Sequence record: DRR723986_618
Reading direction: 5' to 3' (one strand)
DNA: 64,000 nucleotides
Shown: positions 54,846-64,000 of the stretch, piece after piece
How positions within the stretch are numbered: the first letter of the stretch is position 1
Layout: every line of letters starts with the position of its first letter
Made by a program: the position numbers and the translations under genes
Notes under the pieces: model-generated
Databases searched by the model: none
What the model was told of the DNA's origin: nothing
What the model saw: the letters and a program-made list of their open reading frames with translations, nothing else

Positions 54846-56063
54846 ATGAATCCGACCCATCCCTCCCTCGACAGCCGCGCTTCGCTGGAAAAGTGTTTCT
54901 CGCCCGCCAAGATCAATGGCCTCGAGTTAAAAAACCGGCTTATTAAAGCAGGCACCTTCGAAAATATGACCCCTTTGGGCGTCCCTGGCTCGACGTTAAG
55001 TGCGTTTCACCAGCGCCTGGCGGATGGCGGCATTGCCATGACAACACTCGGCTATTGTGCGGTGACCGCCGACGGCCGACTCAATGAAAATATGATGTAT
55101 ATGCACGAGGGCATCCGCGCGCCCCTCACGTCGCTGATTCAATCATTGCATGAGCGCGGCACTGCAGTGTCAGGGCAAATGGGGCACTGCGGCGGCTTTT
55201 CCAAGAACCGCGAGCTACAACGCCGCCGGCCGCTGGGCCCCAGCTTCGCGATTAATGGCCTAGGCCTAAGTCAGGGCATGTTCTTCGCCGATGCGATGTC
55301 CATCCAGGATATCGATGAGATGGTGGATCAGTACCGCGATGCCGCGCAATTTATGAAGTCTGTGGGTTTCGACGCGCTGGAGATCCACTTTGGCCACGGC
55401 TATGGCCTTTGCCAATTTATCAGTCCAAAAACCAATAAGCGTAAAGATGAATATGGCGGCAGTTTGGAAAACCGCATGCGACTGCCACTGCGGGTACTTG
55501 CTGCGGTTCGCGAAGCGGTTGGCGACGCCTTCCCTATACTCGGCAAGATCAGTATGTCAGAGGGCGTGCGTGGCGGGATTCATTACGATGACTCGGTTGT
55601 AATTAGTCAAATGCTCGACCGGGCCGGTATTGATGCCATTGTCTGCAGCGGCGGCACCAGCACGATGAACCCAATGCTGATGTTCCGTGGCGAGAATATG
55701 CTGCCCACAATGCTTGCGACAGAGAAAAGCGTGTTGATGCGGCTTATTCTACGGTTGGCAGGAAAGTCGATGTTTCGCGATTATCCCTACACGGACCTCT
55801 ATTTTCTCGAGCAAGCAAAACGCATTCGCGAGGCCGTTAATTGCCAGCTAGTGTACATTGGCGGCGCAACCGGGAATGATAATTTCGCAGACTTAATGGA
55901 CGCGGGCTTTGACTTTATTCAGCTTGGGCGGAGCTTATTGAGCGACCCCGAATTACCGAATCGCAGCGCGCGCGATGCCGGCTTTAAGAGTCGCTGCGTT
56001 CACTGCAACGAATGCGTGGGAACCATCGAGAGCCCCCAGGGTATTCACTGCACCCGTTACTGA
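54846..56063 (+). CDS. NADH:flavin oxidoreductase (Old Yellow Enzyme family)
   Basis: LKNRLIKA, GFDALEIHFGHGY, NKRKDEYGGSLENR, C-terminal CVHCNEC. Confidence 0.93.
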   Translation: MNPTHPSLDSRASLEKCFSPAKINGLELKNRLIKAGTFENMTPLGVPGSTLSAFHQRLADGGIAMTTLGYCAVTADGRLNENMMYMHEGIRAPLTSLIQSLHERGTAVSGQMGHCGGFSKNRELQRRRPLGPSFAINGLGLSQGMFFADAMSIQDIDEMVDQYRDAAQFMKSVGFDALEIHFGHGYGLCQFISPKTNKRKDEYGGSLENRMRLPLRVLAAVREAVGDAFPILGKISMSEGVRGGIHYDDSVVISQMLDRAGIDAIVCSGGTSTMNPMLMFRGENMLPTMLATEKSVLMRLILRLAGKSMFRDYPYTDLYFLEQAKRIREAVNCQLVYIGGATGNDNFADLMDAGFDFIQLGRSLLSDPELPNRSARDAGFKSRCVHCNECVGTIESPQGIHCTRY

Positions 56064-56068
56064 GAATG

Positions 56069-56497
56069 TCAGCCCCGCTTATTAGCGGCGACAGCATAGA
56101 TAAATACGGGTAGCGCCAGTAGCGGAATCGTCCCCGGAATATAAAAACCGTAGACAATGAACGCCTCCAAGGCGGTTTCGGGGACGATTAAGCGCTTGGT
56201 AACAAACAAGGCATTGATCAGCGGCCCGATGATATTTGCGTAGCAGCCAACAATTAGCCCCCAGCGCGCCGCGCTAAGCACACTACCCTCGCGGTATATT
56301 GCCGGCCAAGCAGCGGCAATGGCAATGACTAACAAACCGTTCAGCAGCCCCTCCATGTGCGCGAAGCGCCACACGCCGTAGGCAGGCGCGTCTTGAGGCC
56401 CCGTCGCGGCAACTGAAAATCCAATTCCCGCCAAAAGCCCTAAAAAAAGAATAATCAGGCCGTGAAATAAAACTTGCCGCTGTTGCTGAGCACCCAT
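56069..56497 (-). CDS. Four-TM membrane protein, styrene-oxide isomerase (StyC)-like
   Basis: N-terminal HG, W..AHMEGLLNG..VIA.A matching the StyC W..AH-x5-NG pattern (from recall). Confidence 0.6.
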   Translation of the reverse strand: MGAQQQRQVLFHGLIILFLGLLAGIGFSVAATGPQDAPAYGVWRFAHMEGLLNGLLVIAIAAAWPAIYREGSVLSAARWGLIVGCYANIIGPLINALFVTKRLIVPETALEAFIVYGFYIPGTIPLLALPVFIYAVAANKRG

Positions 56498-56729
56498 GTT
56501 ATCAATCCTTATTTTTGTTATCTCAGGTGTAAACTGTGTAGTGATGGGCAATGGTAGCGGTAAACACTTCGGGGGGAATCGTCCGTTCCTATGACTCACC
56601 GCAAGGGGCAACTTCCAGAGAAGATATGCGTTGTTTGCAACCGTTCCTTTTCATGGAGGAAGAAATGGCAGCGCGACTGGCCTTCGGTCAGGTATTGTTC
56701 AGAGAGGTGTCGGCGGTCGAAAACACAGG

Positions 56730-57716
56730 CTACTCAGAGAAAAACACATCCAGACGAAATGTTAAGCTAGCCTCGGCATCCCAGCCCTCATCTCGCGCAA
56801 AATACAACTCGGGGCTGACCGTGAAATACACCCAGTCCTCGTGTATTTGGTTACGGTAGTTCGCGCCGAAAAAATACGCCGTCAGGCGACTGCGGTGCTC
56901 ATTGTTTGCAAAGCCACCGAGGCGGTATTCCATCGACTCGCGTTCATTGATGCGATACGACAGCGACAACAGCTGGACGTTTTCAAAAAAATCGTTCCGA
57001 TCCTCAAGCTCCAATCCTGTGAAGTAGCGCAGGCGGTAACGCTCTCCCAGCGGCCGACTCATCGTATATTCCGTCGACTCCCCCCACCCCTTATCACGGA
57101 ACCACCAAAACTCCTGCTGGAACTCACGCTGCCACTCGCCCCAATCGGAGAATGGCCGTCTCAAGCGAAGGCGAGCAAAGGGCACCAGTGGGGTTCGCAC
57201 ACGAATACCAATACGGGCACTCCGCTTCCAATGGTGCCACTCTGACAGAGGGGATATTTCAAGACCGGTAACCGACTCTTCGCGGCTCGGGCGCTCGCCG
57301 CTTGAGCCGCCACGCACCCGCTCTTCTAAAGGGTTGTTTGCATCGGCATCACTATTAAAGAACAGCTTCGTCTTTCGCTTTGTATTGGGGAGGTCCACCT
57401 TCGCACGAAGGCGTACATCGCTCTCTAGCTCCCCTCGCTCGCCAATGGTCTGCCGCAGCTGTAGTTTTAGATAGCTCTCGTTGCTGTAATCTTCCGCGGT
57501 ATCTTCATTGCTCAAATAGCGATCGACGCTTTCAGCGAAAACCACCCAATTCTCCGACCATTGATCCCTGGTCGCTTCCGCACTTTCCATTGTCCGTTCG
57601 ATAAAGCTCGGGGGCGAAGGGGCTTGCAACGGCTCTGCCACTGCTGCAGCGCTGCAGAACAGGAAGGTGAGCAGGATATACAACGCGGTTTTCAAAAAGG
57701 TATTCCTCGCGGCCAT
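56730..57716 (-). CDS. Putative outer-membrane beta-barrel protein
   Basis: Signal peptide; alternating beta-strand pattern; ends FRLDVFFSE. Confidence 0.7.
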   Translation of the reverse strand: MAARNTFLKTALYILLTFLFCSAAAVAEPLQAPSPPSFIERTMESAEATRDQWSENWVVFAESVDRYLSNEDTAEDYSNESYLKLQLRQTIGERGELESDVRLRAKVDLPNTKRKTKLFFNSDADANNPLEERVRGGSSGERPSREESVTGLEISPLSEWHHWKRSARIGIRVRTPLVPFARLRLRRPFSDWGEWQREFQQEFWWFRDKGWGESTEYTMSRPLGERYRLRYFTGLELEDRNDFFENVQLLSLSYRINERESMEYRLGGFANNEHRSRLTAYFFGANYRNQIHEDWVYFTVSPELYFARDEGWDAEASLTFRLDVFFSE

Positions 57717-57760
57717 ACCCTGACTATAGCGGCCGCTTCGCCTGTCGGCATCGTCCAGGC

Positions 57761-57786
57761 AAAAAAAAGGCACCTTACGGTGCCTT
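57761..57786 (-). terminator. Intrinsic terminator of TonB operon
   Basis: Minus strand AAGGCACC-GTAA-GGTGCCTT followed by T run. Confidence 0.88.
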
Positions 57787-57805
57787 CAACGAATCATGTT
57801 AGTTA

Positions 57806-59191
57806 TCAGATGTCGTCTTTCAACGCCGCCTGACGAGCCAACTCGCGATCCATAAACTTAATCCACTGCGACGCATAGCCTTTTGACCGCTCGTCTTTCA
57901 ACGCTTGTTTGAAAGCTTTACGCGCACCTTCATAGTTCTGCAAGTTAAAGCGGGCCATACCAAGCACAAGGTTCGCAGTGTCCGGACGCTTTAGATTACC
58001 TTTCTTAAAGGCATTTTCTATCGCTTTCGCAGCTTTCTCGAACTCATCGTTATCCAGGTAGATGCTACCTAAGCGTGACCACAGCTCGCCCTTATCGGAC
58101 TTGGCCGCGGCTTTTTCCATTACTGGAATCGCACGCTTAACTTCTTGTGACTGGCGCCATGAGTTACCGAGCAGCTCAAGGTTTTTGGAGGTAGCAGGGA
58201 TCGCACCCGATTTAATACCTTTATCCAGTACCTTCGCTGCTTTGTAAGGCACTTCCTGAGAAAGGAACAAGTAAGCCATATTGATCAGCTCTTTGTCTTT
58301 CTCCAGCAAGCCTTGCTCATAGGCCGCTTCCATGGTGGCGGTTGCCGCCATTTCGCGCTTCTGCTCGTTATACATGGCAGAAAGTTGCAGCCAGTAGGCC
58401 TTCTTCTGATAGTGCTTCAGCGTCTCTTCAAGAATATCGACAACCTTGTTGATGTTGTTCTTCTCGTAGTAGAGGTAACGCTGCAGTCCCCACCACTGTT
58501 CCTTGGGCACCTTGCCTCGGGATTTGTAATCGTTAATCGCTACCTCAATGTACTTGAGGGCACGAGTCAGATCCTTGAGCTGGTAATAGCCCTGGGCCAG
58601 CAGTGCATAAGCACCCGCACCCGGTTCTTCCTGAAGTGCTTCCTTCGCTTTAAACCACTCAAGCAGCACTTTCACGCCGTTTTTGTAGTCTTCTTTAACA
58701 AAGTAAAGCTGGGCGATGGTGTATTTGGTATTTAGCTCCATCGCCTCAGGAATATCAGGCTGCTTTACAACATTTCGGTAGGCCGTTAACGCCTGTTCAT
58801 ACTTCTCTTGCGTGAAGTAAATGAACGCGTACATGTTGTAGAGGTTTGCCAGCTCGTAGCTATTAAGCGAGCCCCGTCCTTCTTTGTCGCGAAGGGCATC
58901 GAGCAATTTAATGGCTTCAGAGTAGCGCTTCTCGTCGGCAGCAACCTGCGCTTCGTTCAGCTTTTCAAAGATTTTTGCGCGGATCGCCGGCGTGCGACGC
59001 GTGCTGCGGCGCGGCTTTTCCTTTTCCGCTGCGTGGACGACATTTACGCCGTCCATTTGCAGAGCAGGAGCTACCAGATTACTAGCAACCGGGGTCGCCA
59101 GCACTGCAGCTACACCCAAGCTGAGGGAACATGCCAGCTTGACCAGCACCGGGCGCACGACTTTAGTGCTCACGTGATAATCAGACATCAT
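57806..59191 (-). CDS. Periplasmic TPR protein of the TonB operon (TtpD-like)
   Basis: Signal-like N-terminus, multiple TPR helices; follows tonB. Confidence 0.85.
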   Translation of the reverse strand: MMSDYHVSTKVVRPVLVKLACSLSLGVAAVLATPVASNLVAPALQMDGVNVVHAAEKEKPRRSTRRTPAIRAKIFEKLNEAQVAADEKRYSEAIKLLDALRDKEGRGSLNSYELANLYNMYAFIYFTQEKYEQALTAYRNVVKQPDIPEAMELNTKYTIAQLYFVKEDYKNGVKVLLEWFKAKEALQEEPGAGAYALLAQGYYQLKDLTRALKYIEVAINDYKSRGKVPKEQWWGLQRYLYYEKNNINKVVDILEETLKHYQKKAYWLQLSAMYNEQKREMAATATMEAAYEQGLLEKDKELINMAYLFLSQEVPYKAAKVLDKGIKSGAIPATSKNLELLGNSWRQSQEVKRAIPVMEKAAAKSDKGELWSRLGSIYLDNDEFEKAAKAIENAFKKGNLKRPDTANLVLGMARFNLQNYEGARKAFKQALKDERSKGYASQWIKFMDRELARQAALKDDI

Positions 59192-59787
59192 TTCTCCAAC
59201 TCAAAGGTGAAGCGGTTCTGGATCCCCGGTACTTCGATCGGCTCGCCATCTACCACCCGAGGCTTATATTTAAACTTCTGGGCAGCTTTGATTGATGAGC
59301 GTTCGAAGTAACCCGGAGGGCTACAATCCACGGGGGCGATATCGCGCGTGGTACCGGCTTTCGTTACGGTGTACTCAACCGTACAGTAGCCTTCAACACC
59401 TCGGCTTTGCGCGCGGCGTGGATAGATTGGCGCAACTTTAACGATAGGCAGATATTCACCATCGGACGCCGACAAACCACCAGCAGTGTTGGTCATTTGC
59501 AGGCTCTGTTGAGGCGCCATATTAACGACCTCAATGTCCGGGTTCACATCTTCCATCTCCGGTTGTTCCATATCCGGCGGCGGCTCTTCCGGTTGCTTAG
59601 GCTTATCCGGCTTTGCGTCTTTCATTGTTTCTATTTCGGTGTCCGGCATCTGAATGTCGGCCAACTTAGTACGCGGCTTTTCGTCCAACGTCTTGTCAGC
59701 TGACTCGATCAGATATGGCATTATGATGAACAGCGCTGCTGTCACCACAAATGCCAATGCTCCACCGATCAGGAGTCGAATATTCAT
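59188..59787 (-). CDS. tonB: Energy transducer TonB
   Basis: N-terminal TM, Pro-rich linker, PIYPRRAQSRGVEG, KFKYKP. Confidence 0.93.
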   Translation of the reverse strand: MNIRLLIGGALAFVVTAALFIIMPYLIESADKTLDEKPRTKLADIQMPDTEIETMKDAKPDKPKQPEEPPPDMEQPEMEDVNPDIEVVNMAPQQSLQMTNTAGGLSASDGEYLPIVKVAPIYPRRAQSRGVEGYCTVEYTVTKAGTTRDIAPVDCSPPGYFERSSIKAAQKFKYKPRVVDGEPIEVPGIQNRFTFELEK

Positions 59788-59793
59788 AATTGA

Positions 59794-60201
59794 TCAGCTG
59801 TCTTCAGTGGCCAATGAAACATCGTATACGCCGGCCGCTCGGCTGGCGTCGATAACCGCAGTAACCGTTTCGGTATTCGAGGCTTTATCAGCCTGAATAA
59901 CAACAGCACCTTTGGGATTCTCGGCATGCATACGCTCAACAACCGAGCGCACTGCTCGCTTGTCAACACGACGCTTGTCGATCCAGATTTCATTAGTACC
60001 AGTAACAGCAATCAGAATATTCACATTTTCTTTCTTGCTGGCCGTTGAGGCCTCGGGGCGATTCACCTCGACACCGGCTTCTTTGATGAACGACGCTGTG
60101 ACGATAAAGAAGATCAACATGATGAAGACCACGTCGAGCATCGGCGTCAGGTCGATCTCGGAGGAATTTTCCTCTGCACCTGCTTTGCTATGCTTTCTCA
60201 T
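59794..60201 (-). CDS. exbD: Biopolymer transporter ExbD
   Basis: IDLTPMLDVVFIMLIFFIVT, VIQADK. Confidence 0.95.
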   Translation of the reverse strand: MRKHSKAGAEENSSEIDLTPMLDVVFIMLIFFIVTASFIKEAGVEVNRPEASTASKKENVNILIAVTGTNEIWIDKRRVDKRAVRSVVERMHAENPKGAVVIQADKASNTETVTAVIDASRAAGVYDVSLATEDS

Positions 60202-60211
60202 AACTGTTCTC

Positions 60212-60739
60212 TTAATGATCGGTTGTCAGATGGTCTTCCAAAAGCTCGCTTTCGCGCTCCGCAATACCTTTTATATAGGTATTGATGAATACGCCTGACA
60301 GAGCGGCAACCATTCCAGCCATCGTCGGAATTGTTGCTTTTGAAACACCGCCGGCCATCGATTTAGCATCGCCACCACCGGTCACTGCCATGATATTAAA
60401 GACCTCGATCATCCCTGTGACCGTGCCCAACAGACCCAGCAGCGGACAAAGCGCCACCATGGTCTGAATCATTGGCAGACTCGCGTTGATCTGCAGAGAA
60501 ACCTCTGAGATCAACTTTTCGCGAATCTGCTTGGCATTCCAGGATTTGCGCTCACTGCGCGCTTCCCAGGTGTTGATAGCGTTGTTCACGTCTTTCGACA
60601 GCCCGAACTTGTAATACCAAACCCGTTCAATAGCGAGAGTCCACATGACGAAGGTCAGGAGGGCGATGTAGTTCAGTACAGGCCCACCGGCTTCCATAAA
60701 TCGCCGTATGATCTCGATCCATTCATTCAGTTGGTACAT
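60212..60739 (-). CDS. exbB: MotA/TolQ/ExbB proton channel protein
   Basis: PLLGLLGTVTGMI, MAGGVSKATIPTMAG. Confidence 0.92.
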   Translation of the reverse strand: MYQLNEWIEIIRRFMEAGGPVLNYIALLTFVMWTLAIERVWYYKFGLSKDVNNAINTWEARSERKSWNAKQIREKLISEVSLQINASLPMIQTMVALCPLLGLLGTVTGMIEVFNIMAVTGGGDAKSMAGGVSKATIPTMAGMVAALSGVFINTYIKGIAERESELLEDHLTTDH

Positions 60740-60746
60740 CGCTTAG

Positions 60747-62132
60747 TTACCCCGCGCGCCCTTCTGTGTGTTCGGCGATAATGCCAGTCGATTGCTCATC
60801 AAGCACGTGCAGGATTTTCTTAGCGCGGCCGCTAACAAACGTGTGCAGCAGTACAGTCGGGATGGCGACAACCAGACCCAGTACGGTCGTTACCAGAGCA
60901 CCAGAGATACCACCGGCCATTGCCTTCGGATCGCCCGCACCAAAGATGGTGATAGCTTGGAAGGTGATGATCATACCGGTTACGGTACCCAGAAGACCCA
61001 GCAGCGGTGCTACCGCAGCGATGATCTTCAGCAAGTTCAGAGAGCGCTCCAAACGTGGTGTTTCTTTCAGAATGGCTTCTGACAGTTTCAGCTCCAGTGT
61101 CTCCGCATCCATACTTGGATTGTCTTCGTGTACTTTCAGAACACGGCCGAGGCTGTTGTTGTCATTAGCAGTTTTGCTCTTAAGCTGGCTGTTGACCTTC
61201 ATATCTTCGATGGTCAGAACAATCAGGCGCCAGATAGCGATCAGCATAGCCAATACACCTACTGCGGTGATTACATAACCAACCACACCACCTTGGTGCC
61301 AGCGCTCAGTCAGCGTTGGGCTATCGATCAGTGCAGCAAGGTATGAACCGCCTGAAGGACCAGTGGGGTCAACACCGAAAGGCGTTACGCCTGAAGTTGT
61401 TGATGCCAACTCGTTAGCCCAACCCATGTAGGGGCCTTTAGGCTGACGCGCCAACACAGCAACAGTGCCATTTTCTGAAATGTACTGCAGGTATTCGCCG
61501 TCGCTGTTTACGAGGTTGAAGGTACCAACACGCACGACTTCTTGCTGTGTTTTCTCACCAGCAGCCGTCGTCACTTCAGTTTGGAATTTCACCACTCGGC
61601 CTGACTCAGTCATTTCGCGCTGAAGTTCAAACCAAATACGCTCAATCTCTTCGATGCTGGGCAGCTCTTCAGCGCCTGACATCTTCGCGATCAGGTCATC
61701 AACGAACTGCTCACGATTGGGGAATTGAACACTGATGATCGACGTCTGGAAATTAGAACGCAGGTCGCCGGCGGTAGAAGTCAGGTGACCAAACAGCTCG
61801 GTCAACGTACCCAAACGCTCTTTCAGCTGACGCTGTTTCTCGGTCAGGACGGTTTCGTTTTCTTCGAAGGTGTTTTCCAGCTCAGAAGAGCGCTTCTCTT
61901 CATCGGCCAGAGTTTTTTCAGCTTCTTTCAGCATTTTCTGCTGGTCGTAGCGAGCGTTTTTGAAACGCTGCTCGCGAGCTTTTTGCTCACGCGCGTCGCT
62001 GGCGCGACCTTGCTTAACCATTTGCAGCAGTTCATCCAGTGACTTGGCTTCTTGAGCCATCACAGGGCTTGATGCCAGAGCGATAGTGCCACCGATAGCC
62101 AGTACGGCAGCTTTCAACAGATTACGTTTCAT
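60747..62132 (-). CDS. TtpC-like large ExbB-family protein
   Basis: Signal peptide, coiled-coil periplasmic region, C-terminal APLLGLLGTVTGMI...GGISGALVTT. Confidence 0.9.
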   Translation of the reverse strand: MKRNLLKAAVLAIGGTIALASSPVMAQEAKSLDELLQMVKQGRASDAREQKAREQRFKNARYDQQKMLKEAEKTLADEEKRSSELENTFEENETVLTEKQRQLKERLGTLTELFGHLTSTAGDLRSNFQTSIISVQFPNREQFVDDLIAKMSGAEELPSIEEIERIWFELQREMTESGRVVKFQTEVTTAAGEKTQQEVVRVGTFNLVNSDGEYLQYISENGTVAVLARQPKGPYMGWANELASTTSGVTPFGVDPTGPSGGSYLAALIDSPTLTERWHQGGVVGYVITAVGVLAMLIAIWRLIVLTIEDMKVNSQLKSKTANDNNSLGRVLKVHEDNPSMDAETLELKLSEAILKETPRLERSLNLLKIIAAVAPLLGLLGTVTGMIITFQAITIFGAGDPKAMAGGISGALVTTVLGLVVAIPTVLLHTFVSGRAKKILHVLDEQSTGIIAEHTEGRAG

Positions 62133-62962
62133 TATTTAGCAGCCTCCGGAGCCGGAATCGGGAGTTTCATGATATCGATGGACGCCTGCTTACGAGCAAT
62201 ACGCAAGCCTTTCTGGATAGCGCCACGGTAGTCGCCAGCATCCAGCTCAGTCCATGTTCCTTGGGTTTTGTCCCAAGCGCCCGACACTTTGCCATCGGTA
62301 GTTTGGTAAAGCAGACCGATGCGGCCGATACGGAGGAAGTTAACATCGCGCTCAGCACCGTTGACGGTCGCTACGCCTTTGTAGCTGTCAATTTTGCGGC
62401 CGTACTCGTTCTCGATTTTGTAGGCTTCAAGAACCTGACGGAATTTTTCAGCGATGGTGATATCAGAGCGATCCAGGTTGTTGCGCAGGAATTCGATACG
62501 CTCTTTGCGTTCCTCGAGGTGGAAAGGAACATCCAACTCAACGAATTGCTCCAGGCCGTCGATCATACGCTGAATCAGTGGGTCGATTTGGCGCTGGATG
62601 ATAGTTGCTTCGTCAACCGCTTTTTCCAGGCTTGCGATACGACGCAATTGGCCAGCGATCTGTTTTTCCAAACGCGCGTTGTAGACGCGAAGGCCGTCGA
62701 CCTGCTTCATCACTGTTTTGTAGTCTTGAAGCAAATCGCCAGTTTCTGCAGCCAGGCGGTCAATACGAACCTGAGAAGCCTTGGCAGACTTGGTGCGCTG
62801 TTCGCCAACTTTGACGATAGCACTCACAGGAATAAGGGGTTTAGCGGGCTTTGCGGGCGCAGCAGCGGCATCTTGCTCAGCTGAATAAGCAGACGATGCA
62901 GCCAGCACACCTGCAGTCGCGGCGACCGCCAGCGCGATTGATTTCAATCGATGCATTTTCAT
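62132..62962 (-). CDS. DUF3450 family protein (TtpB-like)
   Basis: DVPF..EER..R, EKFRQVLEAY.IE..YG, LRIGRIGL. Confidence 0.88.
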   Translation of the reverse strand: MKMHRLKSIALAVAATAGVLAASSAYSAEQDAAAAPAKPAKPLIPVSAIVKVGEQRTKSAKASQVRIDRLAAETGDLLQDYKTVMKQVDGLRVYNARLEKQIAGQLRRIASLEKAVDEATIIQRQIDPLIQRMIDGLEQFVELDVPFHLEERKERIEFLRNNLDRSDITIAEKFRQVLEAYKIENEYGRKIDSYKGVATVNGAERDVNFLRIGRIGLLYQTTDGKVSGAWDKTQGTWTELDAGDYRGAIQKGLRIARKQASIDIMKLPIPAPEAAK

Positions 62963-63149
62963 GGGAATTGCTTTTCCTATTTGGGACGTTTAGTGAAAGC
63001 AGAGCTTATTATCTTCTGTCAGCCGTACGGCCAGTCGCAAGACCGTGCTTTCATACAGCGGGACTTATTTTAATCACGGGCTTTCGCAAGAATCAACGAG
63101 AAAGCTAAATGTTTCGTAATATAAAAGTTAGGGAAAATGCGTAAGGAAT

Positions 63150-63183
63150 AATTGTTACCGATACGTAGTTTATGGTAACAATT
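63150..63183. promoter_or_regulatory. Perfect 10-bp inverted repeat upstream of the TonB operon
   Basis: AATTGTTACC-N14-GGTAACAATT. Confidence 0.55.
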
Positions 63184-63254
63184 TCGAGCCACCAAGTAAC
63201 ACTCTCGCAATGAAAGTGACTAGCACATCCCTTTTGAAAACACCAACAAATCCC

Positions 63255-63767
63255 TTACCGGACGCGGCGCTGATAATTGACGAAGGCATAGGCTGGGGCA
63301 CCTTCTTCCGCAGCGAAGTTTTGCCTGGACACCTCACCCCAGTCCCGCTCATCGAGCTCGGGGTAAAAGGCATCGCCATCGACCTCTGCGGCCACTTCCG
63401 TGACGTAAACGCGGTCGACACTACTCAAGCTCTGACGGTATAGCGTCTCACCGCCGATAACGAAAATCTCATCAAGACCATCGCGCTCAGCGCTTTCACG
63501 AGCAACATCCAGCGCGTCTTCAAGTGATGCACAAACCTTGGCACCCGTCGCACCGTAGCCTTGCTGGCGAGTCACAACAATATTTTCACGCCCAGGCAAC
63601 GGGCGGCCGATAGACTCCCAGGTTTTGCGACCCATGATAATGGGCTTGCCCATAGTCAGCGCTTTAAAGTGCTTCAAGTCGGCAGGCAGATGCCACGGCA
63701 GGCGGTTTTCTACTCCAATGACGCGCTGGCGATTCAAGGCGACAATGTGTGCAACAGCTATCGGCAT
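63255..63767 (-). CDS. folA: Dihydrofolate reductase
   Basis: VIG..NRLPWHLPADLKHFK, MGRKTWESIGRPLPGREN, VIGG, GDAFYP. Confidence 0.97.
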   Translation of the reverse strand: MPIAVAHIVALNRQRVIGVENRLPWHLPADLKHFKALTMGKPIIMGRKTWESIGRPLPGRENIVVTRQQGYGATGAKVCASLEDALDVARESAERDGLDEIFVIGGETLYRQSLSSVDRVYVTEVAAEVDGDAFYPELDERDWGEVSRQNFAAEEGAPAYAFVNYQRRVR

Positions 63768-63779
63768 TAACACATCCTT

Positions 63780-64000
63780 TTATATAGCAATGGGAGCCTT
63801 GATGGCTGGGTGGGGGTCATAGCCTTCGAACTCGAAGTCGGCAAAGTCATAATCGAAAATCGACGCCGGACGACGATTTATGCGCAGCGTTGGCCGCGCG
63901 CGAGGCTGGCGACGCAATTGCTCTTCGACAATCTCATCGGTGAGATGGTTTTGATAGAGGTGGCAGTCTCCAAAGGTGTGCACAAACTCACCAACATCCA
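63780..64000 (-). CDS. thyA: Thymidylate synthase, C-terminal part (runs off window)
   Basis: [16 protein letters not shown] ... [13 protein letters not shown]. Confidence 0.96.
   Translation of the reverse strand, partial: DVGEFVHTFGDCHLYQNHLTDEIVEEQLRRQPRARPTLRINRRPASIFDYDFADFEFEGYDPHPAIKAPIAI

Noticed and set aside
56498-56729. Two CCGTTCCT copies and a possible sigma-54 promoter upstream of the StyC-like gene
   Set aside because: GG-N10-GC spacing not met; an 8-bp repeat could be chance
60766-62884. Plus-strand ORFs of 100-207 aa opposite the TonB operon
   Set aside because: Shadow ORFs of strongly codon-biased genes

Overview
Chromosomal window of a gammaproteobacterium (gene content suggests a marine lipid/steroid degrader such as Cellvibrionales; inference only). 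It opens with the 3' half of a tRNA-Phe and a ~7.2 kb decayed island: an inactivated tyrosine-integrase remnant, a hypothetical gene and a type I R-M system with a RhuM-Fic/Doc gene between hsdS and hsdR. Next come a probably Fur-controlled PepSY iron operon, an MFS/cyoABCD-SURF1-RegBA quinol oxidase module, three tandem photolyase/cryptochrome genes, a lipoprotein alpha/beta hydrolase and minCDE. An 8-gene P450 operon resembles the mycobacterial Rv0760c-Rv0771 (CYP123/aldA) cluster. A hybrid kinase has lost its HPt histidine. A ~2740-aa surface lipoprotein fuses two neutral-ceramidase-like domains around a lipase-like alpha/beta hydrolase, and is the most striking item. The window ends with a TetR/Old Yellow Enzyme pair, a StyC-like membrane protein, a TtpC-type TonB operon, folA and partial thyA. 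All family calls come from motif recognition and recall, not database searches.
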